The translations under genes were made by a program, and so were the position numbers. Shown in pieces: positions 13,721 through 26,830 of a stretch of 64,000 bases of DNA. Each line of letters starts with the position of its first letter. Within the stretch, counting starts at the first letter, position 1. The stretch lies in assembly GCF_009914755.1 (NCBI RefSeq), contig NC_060931.1. The stretch is one strand, 5' to 3'. This stretch comes from the human T2T-CHM13v2.0 reference genome, Homo sapiens. The notes beneath the pieces were generated by a model that worked only from the letters and a program-made list of their open reading frames with translations, was not told the origin of the DNA and made no database searches.

Positions 13721-14626
13721 TTGATATGTGTCTACCAAAGATGCTAATATTTATTGAGAGTTTACAGTGTGCTAGTTACTCTTTGAGGCTTTTGACATGA
13801 AGTAACTCATTTAATGAAGAGTAGTTTTAAAGAGTCTATTGTATCATAACCATTATGCCAGCAGCAAAACACTTATCACACAAGGTCACTGTTCCTGATT
13901 TATGAGGATCTTGTACCCCTCCAGAATGTGTTCTTTTTGAAGGTAGAAACTAACTTCTTCATCTATCACCTTGTCTGTCTGGCAAAGCACTAGCATAAAA
14001 TAGGTGCTAAATAATCACAGAGCCATCAGCAAAGCAGAGTTGGCTGTTGAACTGATATTGTATTAGATGCGACTTTTTGTTTGGCAAATGGGTTTCCATA
14101 TTCATACCTAGGAATATTCTAGTGAAGAGTAAATACAAAGACAAGTTTTAAAATGCTATCTCTCTGTATTAAAATAAATACAACAAATCACTTTGTGGTA
14201 AAGTTTCTTAAATATTTTTAAATAAATGCTAATTTTATCCCCATATTGACACATGCTCTTATTTTTGATAGGACTATTTTTGTATGGGGCAGAGTAAATA
14301 ATTAAGATTAAAACTGGCCAGGTTTCTAGTGAGAGAAAAAGAAAAAATGTATTGTATTTGGAGTTTTGTGAGTTTTAAAAAATTGCTTCATTTTGTTTTA
14401 ATGATATCAGATTGGTGAAATGTTCAATATTGACATTTACTATTATAATTTGAATTTCTTATTCAAATGGCAAATATCTGATGGGAACTCAGAATGCTCG
14501 ACTAGGCCTGTTCCATTGGGTCTTTAGTTAACCCGGAAAATGGAAGAGTCAGTCAGGATTGGGAATCTTGAGGGTCCCCATAGAGAGATTGTTCTATATT
14601 CCATATCTGTTTCATGATGATCCAAA

Positions 14627-15284
14627 TGAGTCAGGAGAATGGGGTCTGGAGGCAGGGAACTTAAGGTCCATTTGTGATGAATCAAGGAAAAACATCAAGG
14701 CCCTGGGGCAGGGAATCTGCGGCCAATTTATGCTGACTTCCCAAAACTGGATCAAAAGGAAAACACCTGGGTCTGGGAGCAGGGACCTTAAGGCCAATTA
14801 AGGCAAACTTCCAAAAGCTGAACCAAAAGGAAAAACCCCATCTCCCCATGTCTAGTAACAAAGGGTCAAAGGCTACTCTCCCTACAACCCTACCGTTTCA
14901 GTTTCACCGCTTCTCAGATGGAAAGGGATAGTGTCCTGGATTAGCTGTGGGCCAAGCAGGGACCATCCCTTCATTTGCATAGGGCACCAATTCACCTCAG
15001 CCTTTAATTAGCCATAGGCCAAATCCTTCATCCAGATAAGGAATAACTGGTAGGAACCTCAAAAGGAGTACTTAAAACACAGAGAACTTTATAACTGGGC
15101 CCTCGAGCTGCTTGCTCGGCTGACTCCCACCCTGTGGAGTGCTTTCTCTCTTTAATAAATTCCTGCTTTCGCGGCTTTGTTCTTGTATTTTGTTCTTTTG
15201 TTACTTTGTGCATTTTGTGCAATTCTTTGTTCAAAACACCAAGGACCTGGACAACTTACACTCAAAGCTCTTCTTCTGATAATA
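14627..15284 (+). mobile_element. MER51 (A-like) ERV1 solo LTR
   Basis: Starts TGAGTCAGGAGAATGGGGTCTGGAGGCAGGGAAC; three internal GGCAGGGAA..AAGGCC repeats; AATAAA near 15154; 4-bp TSD CAAA/CAAG. Confidence 0.85.
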
Positions 15285-15679
15285 CAAGTAGACTGAGAAA
15301 GATTTGGGTGTTTTCTTTTGTTCATAAAGGAAAGGGATGTTGGGGTAGAGGCATATATCTGATTGTCCCTGATTCTGCTTGTCAGAGATTGTTTTGCACC
15401 ACCCCACTTCACGGCAAAGCAAACAGAACAGGTCCTTTAAGGGGCATTCCAAAGAGGAAGTATAGGCATGTCGCAAAGTGCTAGGGAAACTCCATCCTGA
15501 AAAGTCAAGTCCCCATTAAAAGGAAAGTACTAAGTAAAGAAAAGGAATTTGGAAAGAAAATAAAATAGGACTATAACTTGGGTAGCTTGTTATTATTATA
15601 AAAGTCTCTTTTTTTTTGAATAGAAGAAGTAGAATTTAAAAGTTTAGGATCGTTACTCATTGGGGTCTGCTTTCTAACT

Positions 15680-16700
15680 CTCTGCTGAGATTTACTTATC
15701 ATCTAAAAGCTGATGCCCCAGATCACTAGCCCAAACCTGTTTCTTCAGCTCTAGATCCATACATTCAACAGCCTAGTAGACTTCATACTTTTATGTCTCA
15801 GAGACAATTCAGCCTAAAACAAAACTTAATTCTTTCCCCCTTCCCCTTCTTTCTTCCCTTAAATTCCTATATTTCCAAGCTCGGTGGATGGCATTATTGC
15901 TTAGCCTCCTCCGAAGCCAGAAATGTAGGGATTATCCCAGATTTTTTTATTTCTCTGTATTCCACATCCGACTGGTCAGCAAACCTTATTCAATTGACCT
16001 CTGATATGGCTTGGCTCTGTGTCCCCACCCAACTCTCATCTTGAATTGCAATCCCTGTAATCACCGCATGTCAAGGGAGGCACCCAACGGGAGGTGATTT
16101 GATCATGGGGGGGCGGTTCCCCATGCTGTTCTTATGATAGTGAGTGAGTTCTCATAAGATATGATGGTTTTATAAATGTCTGGCATTTCCTGTGCTTGTG
16201 CTTCTCTCTGCGGCTGCCTTGTAAAGAAGGACGTGTTTGCTTCCCCTTCCACCATGATTGTAAGTTTCCTGAGGCCTCCCAGCCATGCAGAACTGTGAGT
16301 CAACTAAACCTCTTTCCTTTATAAATTACCCAGTGTCGGGTAGTATCTTTATACCAGTGTGAGAATGGACTAATACAACCTCTTTAGTATCTCTAAATTC
16401 AGGTCATATTTTCCCACTCTATCCTCACTGCCTTTGTTTAGACCCACGTCATTTCTTGTCTTAAAAACTGCAGCAGCCTGGGTCATCATGATATCTATTT
16501 CCTTGCCTGCATAAAATAGTGGGCCCTCCCTCCCTCCCTGCTTCCCTCTCTCCCCCCTGCCTCCCTCTCTCCTCCCTGCCTCCCTCTCTCCTCCCTTTGT
16601 CCTCCCTTCTATGCAGACAAAACACACAAGAAATAAAATCAAAGTTCTCTTTCTGAAATCTTTGCAATGGTTGTATCAGCCCTGTATCAGCCCTGCAATG
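15680..16700 (+). mobile_element. L2 remnant split by a THE1D
   Basis: GCTGATGCCCCAGATCACTAGCCC...CATACATTCAACAGCCTAGTAGAC; continues after 16377. Confidence 0.6.
16002..16377 (+). mobile_element. THE1D-type MaLR solo LTR
   Basis: TGATATGGCTTGG...GGACTAATACA; perfect 5-bp TSD ACCTC. Confidence 0.95.
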
Positions 16701-18573
16701 GTTGTATCAGCCCTCATTGCTTTGATTTTGCTCTGTGAGGTGGTTTTGAGGAACAGTTTTATCTTCAGGCTGTGCTTTATGGGAAGGTTAGGGGAGCTTG
16801 ACTCTAAATGGAATCTGGAAGAGAGTAAGATTCCAATAGCTTGTTCTGCCAGTTTCCTAAAGCAATAAAAACCACAAGCCTACCCATAGAGGGGTTGGAC
16901 TGCATATAGGGGTTAGCAATTCTCCCCAAGCTGTATGTGTCTTCCCTTGATCTGCATTTTATTTCTCTGCTTGTCCTTCTTGGAGAGCCTACTTCTAGGG
17001 AGACAACCTGTCTGATACAGTTAGAGCATCCAGAAAACTCTCAGAAGAGCTCTCATCATTGTAGTTTTGTTATTTTCTCCTTTCTTTCTTTTTACATTTC
17101 ATTTTGTTAGGTAGGAGGAACTAAGCCTAAAATTTGTTAGGTTAGGTTAGCAAAATGACTAGATGTTGCTACACTACTAATTTGTTTGTGAGATTCTCTT
17201 TCCAAGCTACGTAGATCCTGATTCTAATTAGCTGACTTGGAATTAAACTAGGTGAACTTGATTTTCCCCACAGAATCCAGTGAATTTTTTCTCCCAGTCT
17301 TCTGTGACTTCAGCACATCTGGGAAGTGATACTTTTATTATTCCAATTTGATACTTTCACTTTTTTTCTTAAAAGCCTTAAAAGGCATATGATTACCTTT
17401 AGTGTAAAATTTATGTTGAATGATTTGCTTTCCAAGCAGTGTACTGTGACCTGCCACGCTTGTCCTTTTCTACCTTCCATTCCTTCTGCCTAAGTTCCCC
17501 CCGCTCCTCAGTACCATGCATTTCTTCATCTGACCCTGTCTTATCCAATATTTAAAAGTCATCTCCAGTGCCATCTGGTCATGGAAGGATTTGCTTATTA
17601 TCATTATTTCTTCCCACTTCCCACCAAACGTGGTGTAGGTAAATTTCCCATGCCCTCATAAAAAGAACCTGGTACTTACTTTTGTCCTAGCATTGGTGTA
17701 CTTCTTGATCTCACTATCCAACAGACTAAGAAGTCCAAGATCACAAGTTTGACTTATTTGGTTTTGTTGTCTTGAGTCTAATACAGTGCCTGGGGCTTAG
17801 TAGTATTAAATATACCTTTGTTGACTAAATTTAAGAACCAAGTATAGGTCCCGGGGTATGCTGTTTTCAGTGAAATTTCAAACCATTTTTCCACAGGTAA
17901 CCCGATACCTTCCAGTTTGTGTCACACCCTGTGAAAGACTCTTTGGACATTAAAGTTGGCCTAAATATTTCATGTAGTGCATCATATACAATTGAGGCAA
18001 GAAATTACCCATATAAATCTATGATGTTTTAGGTGACATGTATAAAGAAAGGATATTTAACATGATTATAAGTTAAGACTCATTAAATATTTTTAGAGTC
18101 TGACTGGATTATAGCTCCTTAGAGAAGAAAGAGAAAGTTCATAATCTACTATAGCTAAAGCTTTTTGGTTCACTTGGGATGGCACTGAATTAAGACCAAA
18201 TGTTTATCCATCAATTGTACAAATAGACGACTTTTTCGTATATTATCAGAATAGATATTAACAAGGTTTGGTTTACTTAATTGTTCGCATTGAAATGATT
18301 GAATTGACTGAAGTTTTTCTGATCAGGTTCATGTGAAACAACAACACACAGGAATAGGAAGGGCAGGGGACAAAGCCCTCCGTCTCCCATATTGCTGTCT
18401 TATTGTCACTTTGTCAACCTTGATTTGTTGCATGAAAGTGGCGCAGTTGCAGTAAACTATCTCTCCATCTTTCATATTGGCCAAAAATGCTTGGTTTATT
18501 TACCTATTTTTGGAAAGTCTCAAAATGGAGGCCACAGATCTCTCATTGAGTGCCCAGTAGTGATGAGCTGAAT

Positions 18574-18592
18574 CTGCCACTAGGTGTCATCG
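18574..18592 (+). promoter_or_regulatory. Candidate CTCF site
   Basis: CTGCCACTAGGTGTCATCG resembles the CTCF core CCASYAGRKGGCR (one core mismatch) in non-repetitive sequence; motif only. Confidence 0.45.
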
Positions 18593-20924
18593 AATTTTCA
18601 AACAAATGGCTTTAAAGAACATTTCACTAAAAGCTAGCTTCAAGCCCCAGATTTTTGTTGATCCTTTTCATGGCGTCTTTGGAGTAAGTAATAATGCTAT
18701 CATTCATCTGAACACATTTGATCTATTTAAATTTTGAAATTTATTTTGCCTTATCCAGCCCGTTGCATTGTGAACTGTTGCTTACAATGCGTGAATGGTA
18801 CTTTTCATAATGCAATACTGATCTCGTCTTCACTTAAAAGATGTGAAAACTATTCAGAAGCACAAAACAATATATACTTAATAGACTTTCCATTACAGAA
18901 AGCTAATAAAAATTCCAACATGAATAGATTTTGCTTAGGAAATTACATTTCCATTTCTCTTGGGAAAAATGGGTACTTTATTTTTTATGTTCCTTCATAA
19001 ATGACTACAAAAATTGCACAACTTCTGTGCATTCTAGAGTTGTGCAGCAATTTTATCAACTTTTAAAAAAGTGCTACTAAATTTTTGTTATCAATTACAA
19101 ACTTTCCAATATGAACTCCTGATGTGTTGTTCATACTTTACCAAGGCTGTACATGCTGTTTTTCCACCAAAAAAAGGTAAGATTAAATGTAAGAAAAGGT
19201 AATCAGTAAAGCATAGCAATCCCTCACTTGCATATTTAATAATCTCTGATCACAGCAGGTATAATCGTTATCTAGTGGCATATCTAAATAATAGGCTTTC
19301 AAAATCAAGCCAAATGTAGTGTTATTGTGAACTGATGTATGTTTCTCATTTATGTTTTTTTGCAAAGATTATTAATAAGTGAAACTTCTTATAAAGGACT
19401 GACGTTTAGAACCGAAAATCTCATTTTCTATTGAGTTCATACATTGCATCTTTCTGTCCATTTCCCCTGTAGAAACTAGAAGTTTTCAGATTTAAACATA
19501 AAAAAGTCTCCTTTCAATACCACTGACCTATCAGATCTATCCCATTTACACATTGTGTCCTGAATGGAGGATTTTTTTCTAGAATAGTCAATTCCATGCT
19601 ATTAAAACCTCTATAATAACAAAGCAATACAGGGATTATTATGTGTGGTTAGTGCCCTATAATTCTTAACAACTGCTAGCAAAGTTGATTAAACTTCTAT
19701 TGGGTTAAACTCTGACCTAGGTTTATCCTGAGAACTTCTTGTCCTCTGTGGCTAATTCCGTGATGCTGCAATAAGTGTTACTTTCTCTCTACTGTGTCCG
19801 CATCAGGACAGTCACTGAAGTTGTTCATTTTGAGGGAAAAAATATGTAAGGATAAAGATTTTCACCCATAACAAGAAATCTATGGGTGACAGACAAAGGC
19901 TTAAAAATGAACAAAGATGATCAAGAACACTGCACTATACTGAGGGGTGATACTATGTCATTGATATCTTGGTATCATGGGTGCTGAAAACAGAGAAGGA
20001 ACTGGATAAACATTCACTTGGTTGAATTAAGAAGGATTTTCAAGCACATGTAGAAGTTTCTGCTATTCTATGGGGTCTATGTTCCTGCCTATACAAAATT
20101 ATACTGTCTTTTGAACAAGAAAGTATCATAATGGTATATAGTCAGGGTGGTATGCTTGAGTGTTGGGTAGTTGAGTTTTGGTGATAATTTTTTGGTCATA
20201 CTCTCTTGCCTGTTCTATCTTGATCACTTGCATTGGTCATGAACTGGGTGCTGGGATTAGTGGACACATTTTACTTCATTTGACAGAAAGAGAAAGAGCC
20301 TCGGAAGGAGAAAGGGGCCTTGTACTTGCAAGAGAGTTGTGATTAAAGATGCAAGTACTAGTAAGTACTAGTGTAGAAATAGACTAAAGTTCAGATACTT
20401 ACCATATGGAAATTAAAAACATAGTTTTCACCTCTTTAATGCAGTCTTCTAACCATCATGATCATTGATCATCTCTTGCATGTATAAAGGATAGAGTTCC
20501 ACCTGGTCATTATTCTCCCACGGTCACATCACACCTACTGTAGTTACATGTGATTGCTCTGAAAATTTATTGTCATGTGGGAAAACTCCCGTTTACATTT
20601 GCGCCTCTGCTCCTGAATGGAGACCAGAAAATCAACTGTTGTCTTATTCAAACATGATTATACCCTAGGTCTGACTCTGGAAAATTAAATACAAAGGGGT
20701 CACATGTATTTAAAAATATAGTTATAAAGGAAGAGACTTCTGTCTAGCAAATTCAGGAGCAACCTCAGAGGTACTTTTCCAGATGTCCATAGATGAGATG
20801 ATCTGAAGGTGGATTTCATTTAGACCAGTAGGCAACGGTCGGAAGTTCCATCATAGCCATCCACTCTCGATCAGAACAGCTCTGCTACATCTGTTTTACA
20901 TGCAGAAGCAAATTGTGTAACTGG

Positions 20925-21150
20925 GCTCCTGGGCAGACTGGTTCAAAACTTGGCTTCCTTCCTCACAACTTGGGTGATCTCTGCAACTTAGTTAAATTCA
21001 CTATTACCAACTTTCTTCAACTGATGTAAATTGGGGATAATAAAACTACCTGTCTCTGGGTTGTGCTGTAAGATTTAAATAAGCTAATACATATATTTAG
21101 AACAGTACCTGGCACATAGTAATGCTTAGTAAGCATTGGTTCTTGCTATT
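20925..21150 (+). mobile_element. MIR SINE
   Basis: GACTGGTTCAAAACTTGGCTTC...AGAACAGTACCTGGCACATAGTAATGCT. Confidence 0.8.
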
Positions 21151-22084
21151 ATCACTGTTATTATTTTGGATTTCTGCCTGCTAGTTCCTTTGAAAAATGG
21201 AACAATTTTCTTTGGCCAATAAATTTTGAAACCTACCAATCTAGACTATTAGTATATGAAAATTCTCTTTTCTCCACTCTAAGCATTTTGCCTGGTAATT
21301 GGAATGGGTTCCACAGATCAGAGCAATGAAGTGTTGAGGTCAGTGCTCAGTGAACCCTGATGAATTGTTCTTTGATGAGTTGTCATTTTCTGTTCTTAAA
21401 AGAGGCATTAAGAATTTATAACAATGTCCTAGTTGCATTATCATTTGGATGGTGTGTTTATGCTAATTTCGTCTGCCAATCCTAATTACCAGTGGTTAAA
21501 TTCATTAAAAAATAATTTTTTTCCCAGACTCTTGTCTAAATCACCTTGCTTCCTAGAATATTTCAATTTCCTTTTGGTTCAATTGTCACAAGTATCAAAT
21601 GATTTATTCACCAAACAGTGTAAATCAGAGGCACTTTTATTTATTCACTAGGCAGTTACTGAGTGCTTCTGTATGCTTTGTGGGTATCTAACAATTTCCT
21701 ACAGAACCTTTGGGGTCATCTAGTCCAACAGATCACATATTAGAGTTATTTTATATGCTCAGTGACAGGTGGTTTTCTGTCTGTTACTTGAAGACTAGAT
21801 TCTTGCCTGAGAATAGCTTATACTGTAGTTGGTAAGACATTATATAGAGTTAAGAGTAAAGTTAACAAAGCTCTCACATTTTGCAATCTGGTAACTGAAG
21901 TGCAGATGTTACTTACTTGCCCAAGTCACAAGATGTGTAGCAATAGAGTTGAGAAAAGAATTTAGATGCTCCAACTCGTTAAACACAACTTTATCATTAT
22001 ACCACTTTGCTCAGAGCTGTTTTCTCTTCTAAAAAGTGCTATAAACAGTACTTAGATGTTTAGATAGGCTACAAAACTAGACTT

Positions 22085-22182
22085 AGTACAAGACTTGCTT
22101 TTGTGTTCAGAAGTCATGGGTAAGAAATCAGGCAGTGCAAGACTTGCTTTTGTGGTCAGAAGTCATGGGTGAGAAATCAGGC
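22085..22182. repeat. 49-bp tandem duplication (2 copies, 3 mismatches)
   Basis: AGTACAAGACTTGCTTTTGTGTTCAGAAGTCATGGGTAAGAAATCAGGC repeated at 22134. Confidence 0.95.
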
Positions 22183-24451
22183 TGTGTCACTGAACAGTTG
22201 TGTGAGGTACGGTCAAAACTGCAGAAGGCTCTACATCTTTTCAGTGGAAGGAAGGAAAAGATTCTGGAATACAGTTGATAGACAATAGAATTAACATTTT
22301 AGGAATGGTGAAATTGTACACCTTCTACTTCCAGTTGTCCTGGCAATGAACATTTATCTTATAATGATTTTATAATGAGAAAAATTCTTTTCTGCCTCAT
22401 TCAAGAAAAATAGTAGTGTCTACTGCCCTTTGGGGAAGTGTGTGAGAGGACTTCATGGTTTTTCTTTACAAAGCTGAAGCCCAGTGAGATTTTAAGAGAG
22501 AGGGGTTTATTCCAAATTAAAGGATACTGTTAGAGACTAAAAGAGCAACAGGTAGAAGATTGTGGAATAGTAAACAAAAATAGAGGTTTACATAGTTTTA
22601 CTATTTCATTTTGGGGAGAAGTTTAAGGCAAAATCTTTAATGATTCTGTGCTGGAGATAGAAGACAAAATGATGAGGAAAATACTTTTCAACTTTTGTAG
22701 TTATAGAATTAAATTCATTTTAGAGGTTTCAAAGCTCCTGGACAAAGAGCATGAATGATGTTTCAGGGCTAATCAACTAAGCAATTGAAAATCCGTGTGG
22801 TCTTCCCTGTATTTCCCATCCATTTGAGGTCTGAAAGGGACTTTGTACTCAAAAACCAGTTTTATTTCCTGACCTGTCAACTTGGCTAGAACTGCAGTGG
22901 TCTCTTGTGTGAATGCTCTTTCTGTCTTGTATTATTGGCCTGAAGCTTTGAGACTGCTAGGAGATGAAAAGGAGTGGAACCACTGAAATAACCAGCATTC
23001 TGACTTTCCTTACTCTTAAGATCAGATGCCTGTGCTTTCTCCATGCCATTCTTGGATTGTGGGACTCTTTGACCAATCTAGCAGACCCAGGGCAGATTCA
23101 GTTTCCTTGAAGTTTTATGTGACTATGGGTTGCAGTAACACTCCCAGTCCAATGGCTCATAACTCAACCTGGAGACATCCTTCTCTTTTCAAACCACATT
23201 CCTTCCAAGGTACTAAGCTTGTGAAAAGAAAAACCAGGATACTGTGCCATGAACGTCTCTTGAAACAAACAAACATGGAGTCTACTCACTGCTTCAATAA
23301 TAAAGGAAAGTAAAGAAAATGTAGAGTAAACCATAAGTTATATCCTGACATGATTCTTCTCCATATAGATGGCACATACGTATTTCATCTGTAGACTGAG
23401 AACAGGCAAATGAAAACTCAGCCAAACAATGGGTCTTCTAAGTGTCCATCTGTCTCATGATCACGGAAGGCTTGGCTGGTGACCCTTTTTGCCTTGGATC
23501 ATTCATCAGAGGTCTTTGCCATTTGAGTAGCTTCCAGTTTTTAGGTATTCATACTCCCAGCTGCTTCTGCTTGCCAGGAAATCTGTATCCATTGTCCTCT
23601 GGGATCCCTGACCTTATTTCATCTTCATTGGGTTCTTTTTCCCCTGAATTTCAGGCAGTTTACTGCTGGCAAATAGCTCACCTTCCATGTTGGACCAGGG
23701 GATGGTGATTTCTTCTTAGCTGTTTTCCTATGACATTACTATTTTTCTCTCTCTTTTCTCCTCACAATGTCTGGCATCATTTGTCAACTTGCATGCCAAA
23801 ATTCCCTGACATAAAACTCAACTCACAAAGCATTTTATGAAGCATGCAGGGCTCTATAAGTGAGCAGTATTTTTCTGTATTAAATTAATGATATTCACTA
23901 AAACTTTGATTTTTCTCAAACAGTTGTATTCAAGGAAAATCAGTTTTAAATGGAAGAGGATAAAACAAGCAAATGATTTTGGATCTTTTAAAAAACATTA
24001 AAAATTAATGGCTCTTGTTCTTTTTGTATTTCTTATGCTGGAGCTACCTGTGACAAAATGGAGTCCTGGGTATATTGTGTGGATGCATTCTTGGCCCAAG
24101 TTCCATCAAAAGACTCAGAAAAATCTTTCCATCAGACAGTCCACAAAATTTCCACAATTGGCAGTCCAACTGCTGGTTGCCAACTGGTTGTCTAAGTGGC
24201 ACCGGTGGCTTGCACAAGATTAAACATAAAAATGTTTAAACACGAATACCTCTGAGCTGCTTAAACCACGTGTCTGTACTGTGGGGAGACCTGCTTTTAG
24301 CTGTAATTCCAATTGCAAAGTTATGTTTCCTCCCAAAAGAATAAGTAAGATTGAGCCTTCTCTTTACCGGATGATAATCACAGAATGCAGAATGAAATGG
24401 CCAGGCTGTGTTGCAGAAATGGATTATGCACATGTAAGAATACCCACATAG

Positions 24452-24762
24452 GGCTGGGCATGGTGGCTCACACCTGTAATCCTAGAGCTTTGGGAAGACG
24501 AGGCAGAAGAATTATTGAGGCCAGGAGTTCAAGACCAGCCTGGGCAATGTAACAAGACCTTCATTTCTACAAAAAATAATTTTAAAAAATTAGCTAGGAA
24601 AGGTGGTGAGCACCTCAAGTCTTAGCTACTCAGGAGGTGAAGACAGGAGCATCATGTGAGCCCAGAAGTTTGAGATTATAGTGAGCTCTGACTGTGCCAC
24701 TGCACTCCAGCCTGGGTGAGAGTGCGAGACTCTGTCTATAAAAAAATAAAAATTAAATAAAA
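24452..24762 (+). mobile_element. AluJ full-length
   Basis: Diverged dimeric Alu; TSD AAGAATACCCACATAG/AAGAATACCCTCATGG. Confidence 0.93.
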
Positions 24763-24999
24763 AGAATACCCTCATGGGTTAATGAAGATAACAGAAACCT
24801 TAAAGGACCATCATTTATGTGATATTTTCTAATCGAGTGCCTGGCACATAGTAAGTGCTCAAAAAAACTCAGCTGAATATGAAAATTAAGCATATTAGAG
24901 GGAGTTCATGCCTTCTGGATGACTGTTACAAGGCTCAGAACTTAGGGTAACTAAGTGATCACTGACTAGAGATTATGAGTTCTACCCATGATTGCTTGG

Positions 25000-25400
25000 T
25001 GATATGGTTTGGCTCTATGTCTCCACCCAAATCTCATGTTGAATTGTAATTCTCATTGTTGGGGGAGGGACCTGGTGGAGGTGATTTGATCATGGGGGTG
25101 GATTTTCCACTTGTTATTCTTGTGATAGTGAGTTCTCATGAGATCTGGTTGTGAAAAAGTGTGTAGCACTTCCCTCTTCACTCTCTGTCTCTCCTGCTCC
25201 ACCATGGGAAGATTGTGCCTGCTTCCCCCTCACCTTCTGCCGTAATTGTAAGTTTCCTGGTGGCTCCCTAGCCATGCCTCCTGCACAACCTGTAGAACTG
25301 TGAGTCAGTTAAGCCTCTCTTCTTCAGAAATTACCTAGTCTCAGGTATGTCTTTATAGCAGTGTGAGAATGCTATACGGAAAATTGTAATTTCTAATACA
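25000..25400 (+). mobile_element. MSTA 5' LTR
   Basis: TGATATGGTTTGGCTC...CTAATACA; left TSD CTTGG. Confidence 0.92.
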
Positions 25401-26830
25401 GAAAATTGGTAACAGAGAAGGTACCTGAAAATGCTGAAGTGACTTTGGAACTGGGTAATGGGCAGAGGTTTGAACAGTTTGGAGGGCCCAGAAGAAGACA
25501 GGAAGATGTGGGAAAGTTGGAATTTCCTAGAGACTTGTTGAATTGTTGTGACCAAAATGCTGATAGTGATATGGACAGTGAAGTTAAGGCTGAGGTGGTC
25601 TCAGACAGAGATTAGGAACTTATTGGGAATTGGGATAAAGGTGACTCTTGTGGTGCTTTAGCAAAAAGACTGGCAGCATTGTGACCCTGCTCTAGAGATC
25701 TGTGGAACTTTGAACTCAAGAGAGATGAATTAGGGTATCTAGTGGAAGAAATTTCTAAGCAGCAGAGTGTTCGAGATGTGGCCTTAAAAGACTATGCTTA
25801 CTTGCATAAACAGAGAAATGACCTGAAACTAGAACTTTTATTTAAAAGGGAAGCTGAGCATAAAAGTTTGAAAAATTTGCAGCCTGACCATGTGGTAGGA
25901 AAGAAAAATGCATTTCTGGGGAGGAATTCAAGACTGCAGAAATTTGCATAAAAAGAGCTGAATGTTAATAGCCAAGACAATGGGGAAAATGCCTCCAGGG
26001 CATTTCAGAGACCTTTGCAGCAGCCCCTCCCATTCAGAGACCTAGAGGCCTAGGAGGGAAAAATGGTTTCATGGGCAAGGCCTACGGCCCTGCTGCAATG
26101 TGCAGCCTCAGGACATGGAACCTCTAAATTTCAGAGGAAGTATGGAAATGCCTGGAAGTCCAGGGAGAAATCCATCACAGGGGCAGAGCCCTTATGGAGA
26201 ACCTCTACTAGGGCAGTGCAGAGGGGAAATGTGGGGTTGGAGCCCGCACACATAGTCCCCACTGGGGCACTGCCTAGTGGAGCTGTGAGAAGAGGACCAC
26301 AATCCTCCAGGCCCCAAAATGGTAGGTCCAGTGACAGCTTGCACTGTGCACCTGGAAAAACCACAAGCACTCAATGCCAGCCTGTTAAAGCAGCCATGGG
26401 TGCTATACCCTGCAGAACCACAGGGGCAGAGCTGCCCAAGGCCTGGGAGCCCACCCCTTGCATCAGTATGACCTGGATGTGAGACATGGAGTCAAAGGAG
26501 ATTATTTTGGAGCTTTAATATTTGATGACTGCCCAGCTGGGTTTCAGACTTGCAAGGGGCCTGTATCCCCTTTGTTTTGGCCAATTTCTCTCTTTCGGAA
26601 CAGTAGCATTTACCCAATGCCTGTACGCCTCTTGTATCTTCAAAATAACCAACTTGTTTTTGATTTTACAGGCTCATAGGTGTAAGGGACTTGCCTTGTC
26701 TCAGATGAGACTTTAGAGTTGGACTTTTGAGTTAATGCTGGAATGAATGAAGACTTTGGGGGACTGTTGGGAGGGCATGATTATTTTTGGAATGTGAGAA
26801 CATGAGATTTGGGAGGGGCCAGGGGCAGAA
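25401..26830 (+). mobile_element. MSTA-int (MaLR internal region, decayed ORF)
   Basis: MaLR ORF remnants (EVTLELGNG...PRDLLNCCDQNADSDMD; EEISKQQS; RTSTRAVQRGNVGLEP); polypurine tract GGGAGGGGCCAGGGGCAGAA before the 3' LTR. Confidence 0.92.

Noticed and set aside
22085-22182. CRISPR-like repeat
   Set aside because: Two adjacent copies without spacers in primate DNA; simple tandem duplication.
25406-26716. Several ORFs up to 139 aa
   Set aside because: Frameshifted remnants of the MaLR internal ORF; no intact gene.
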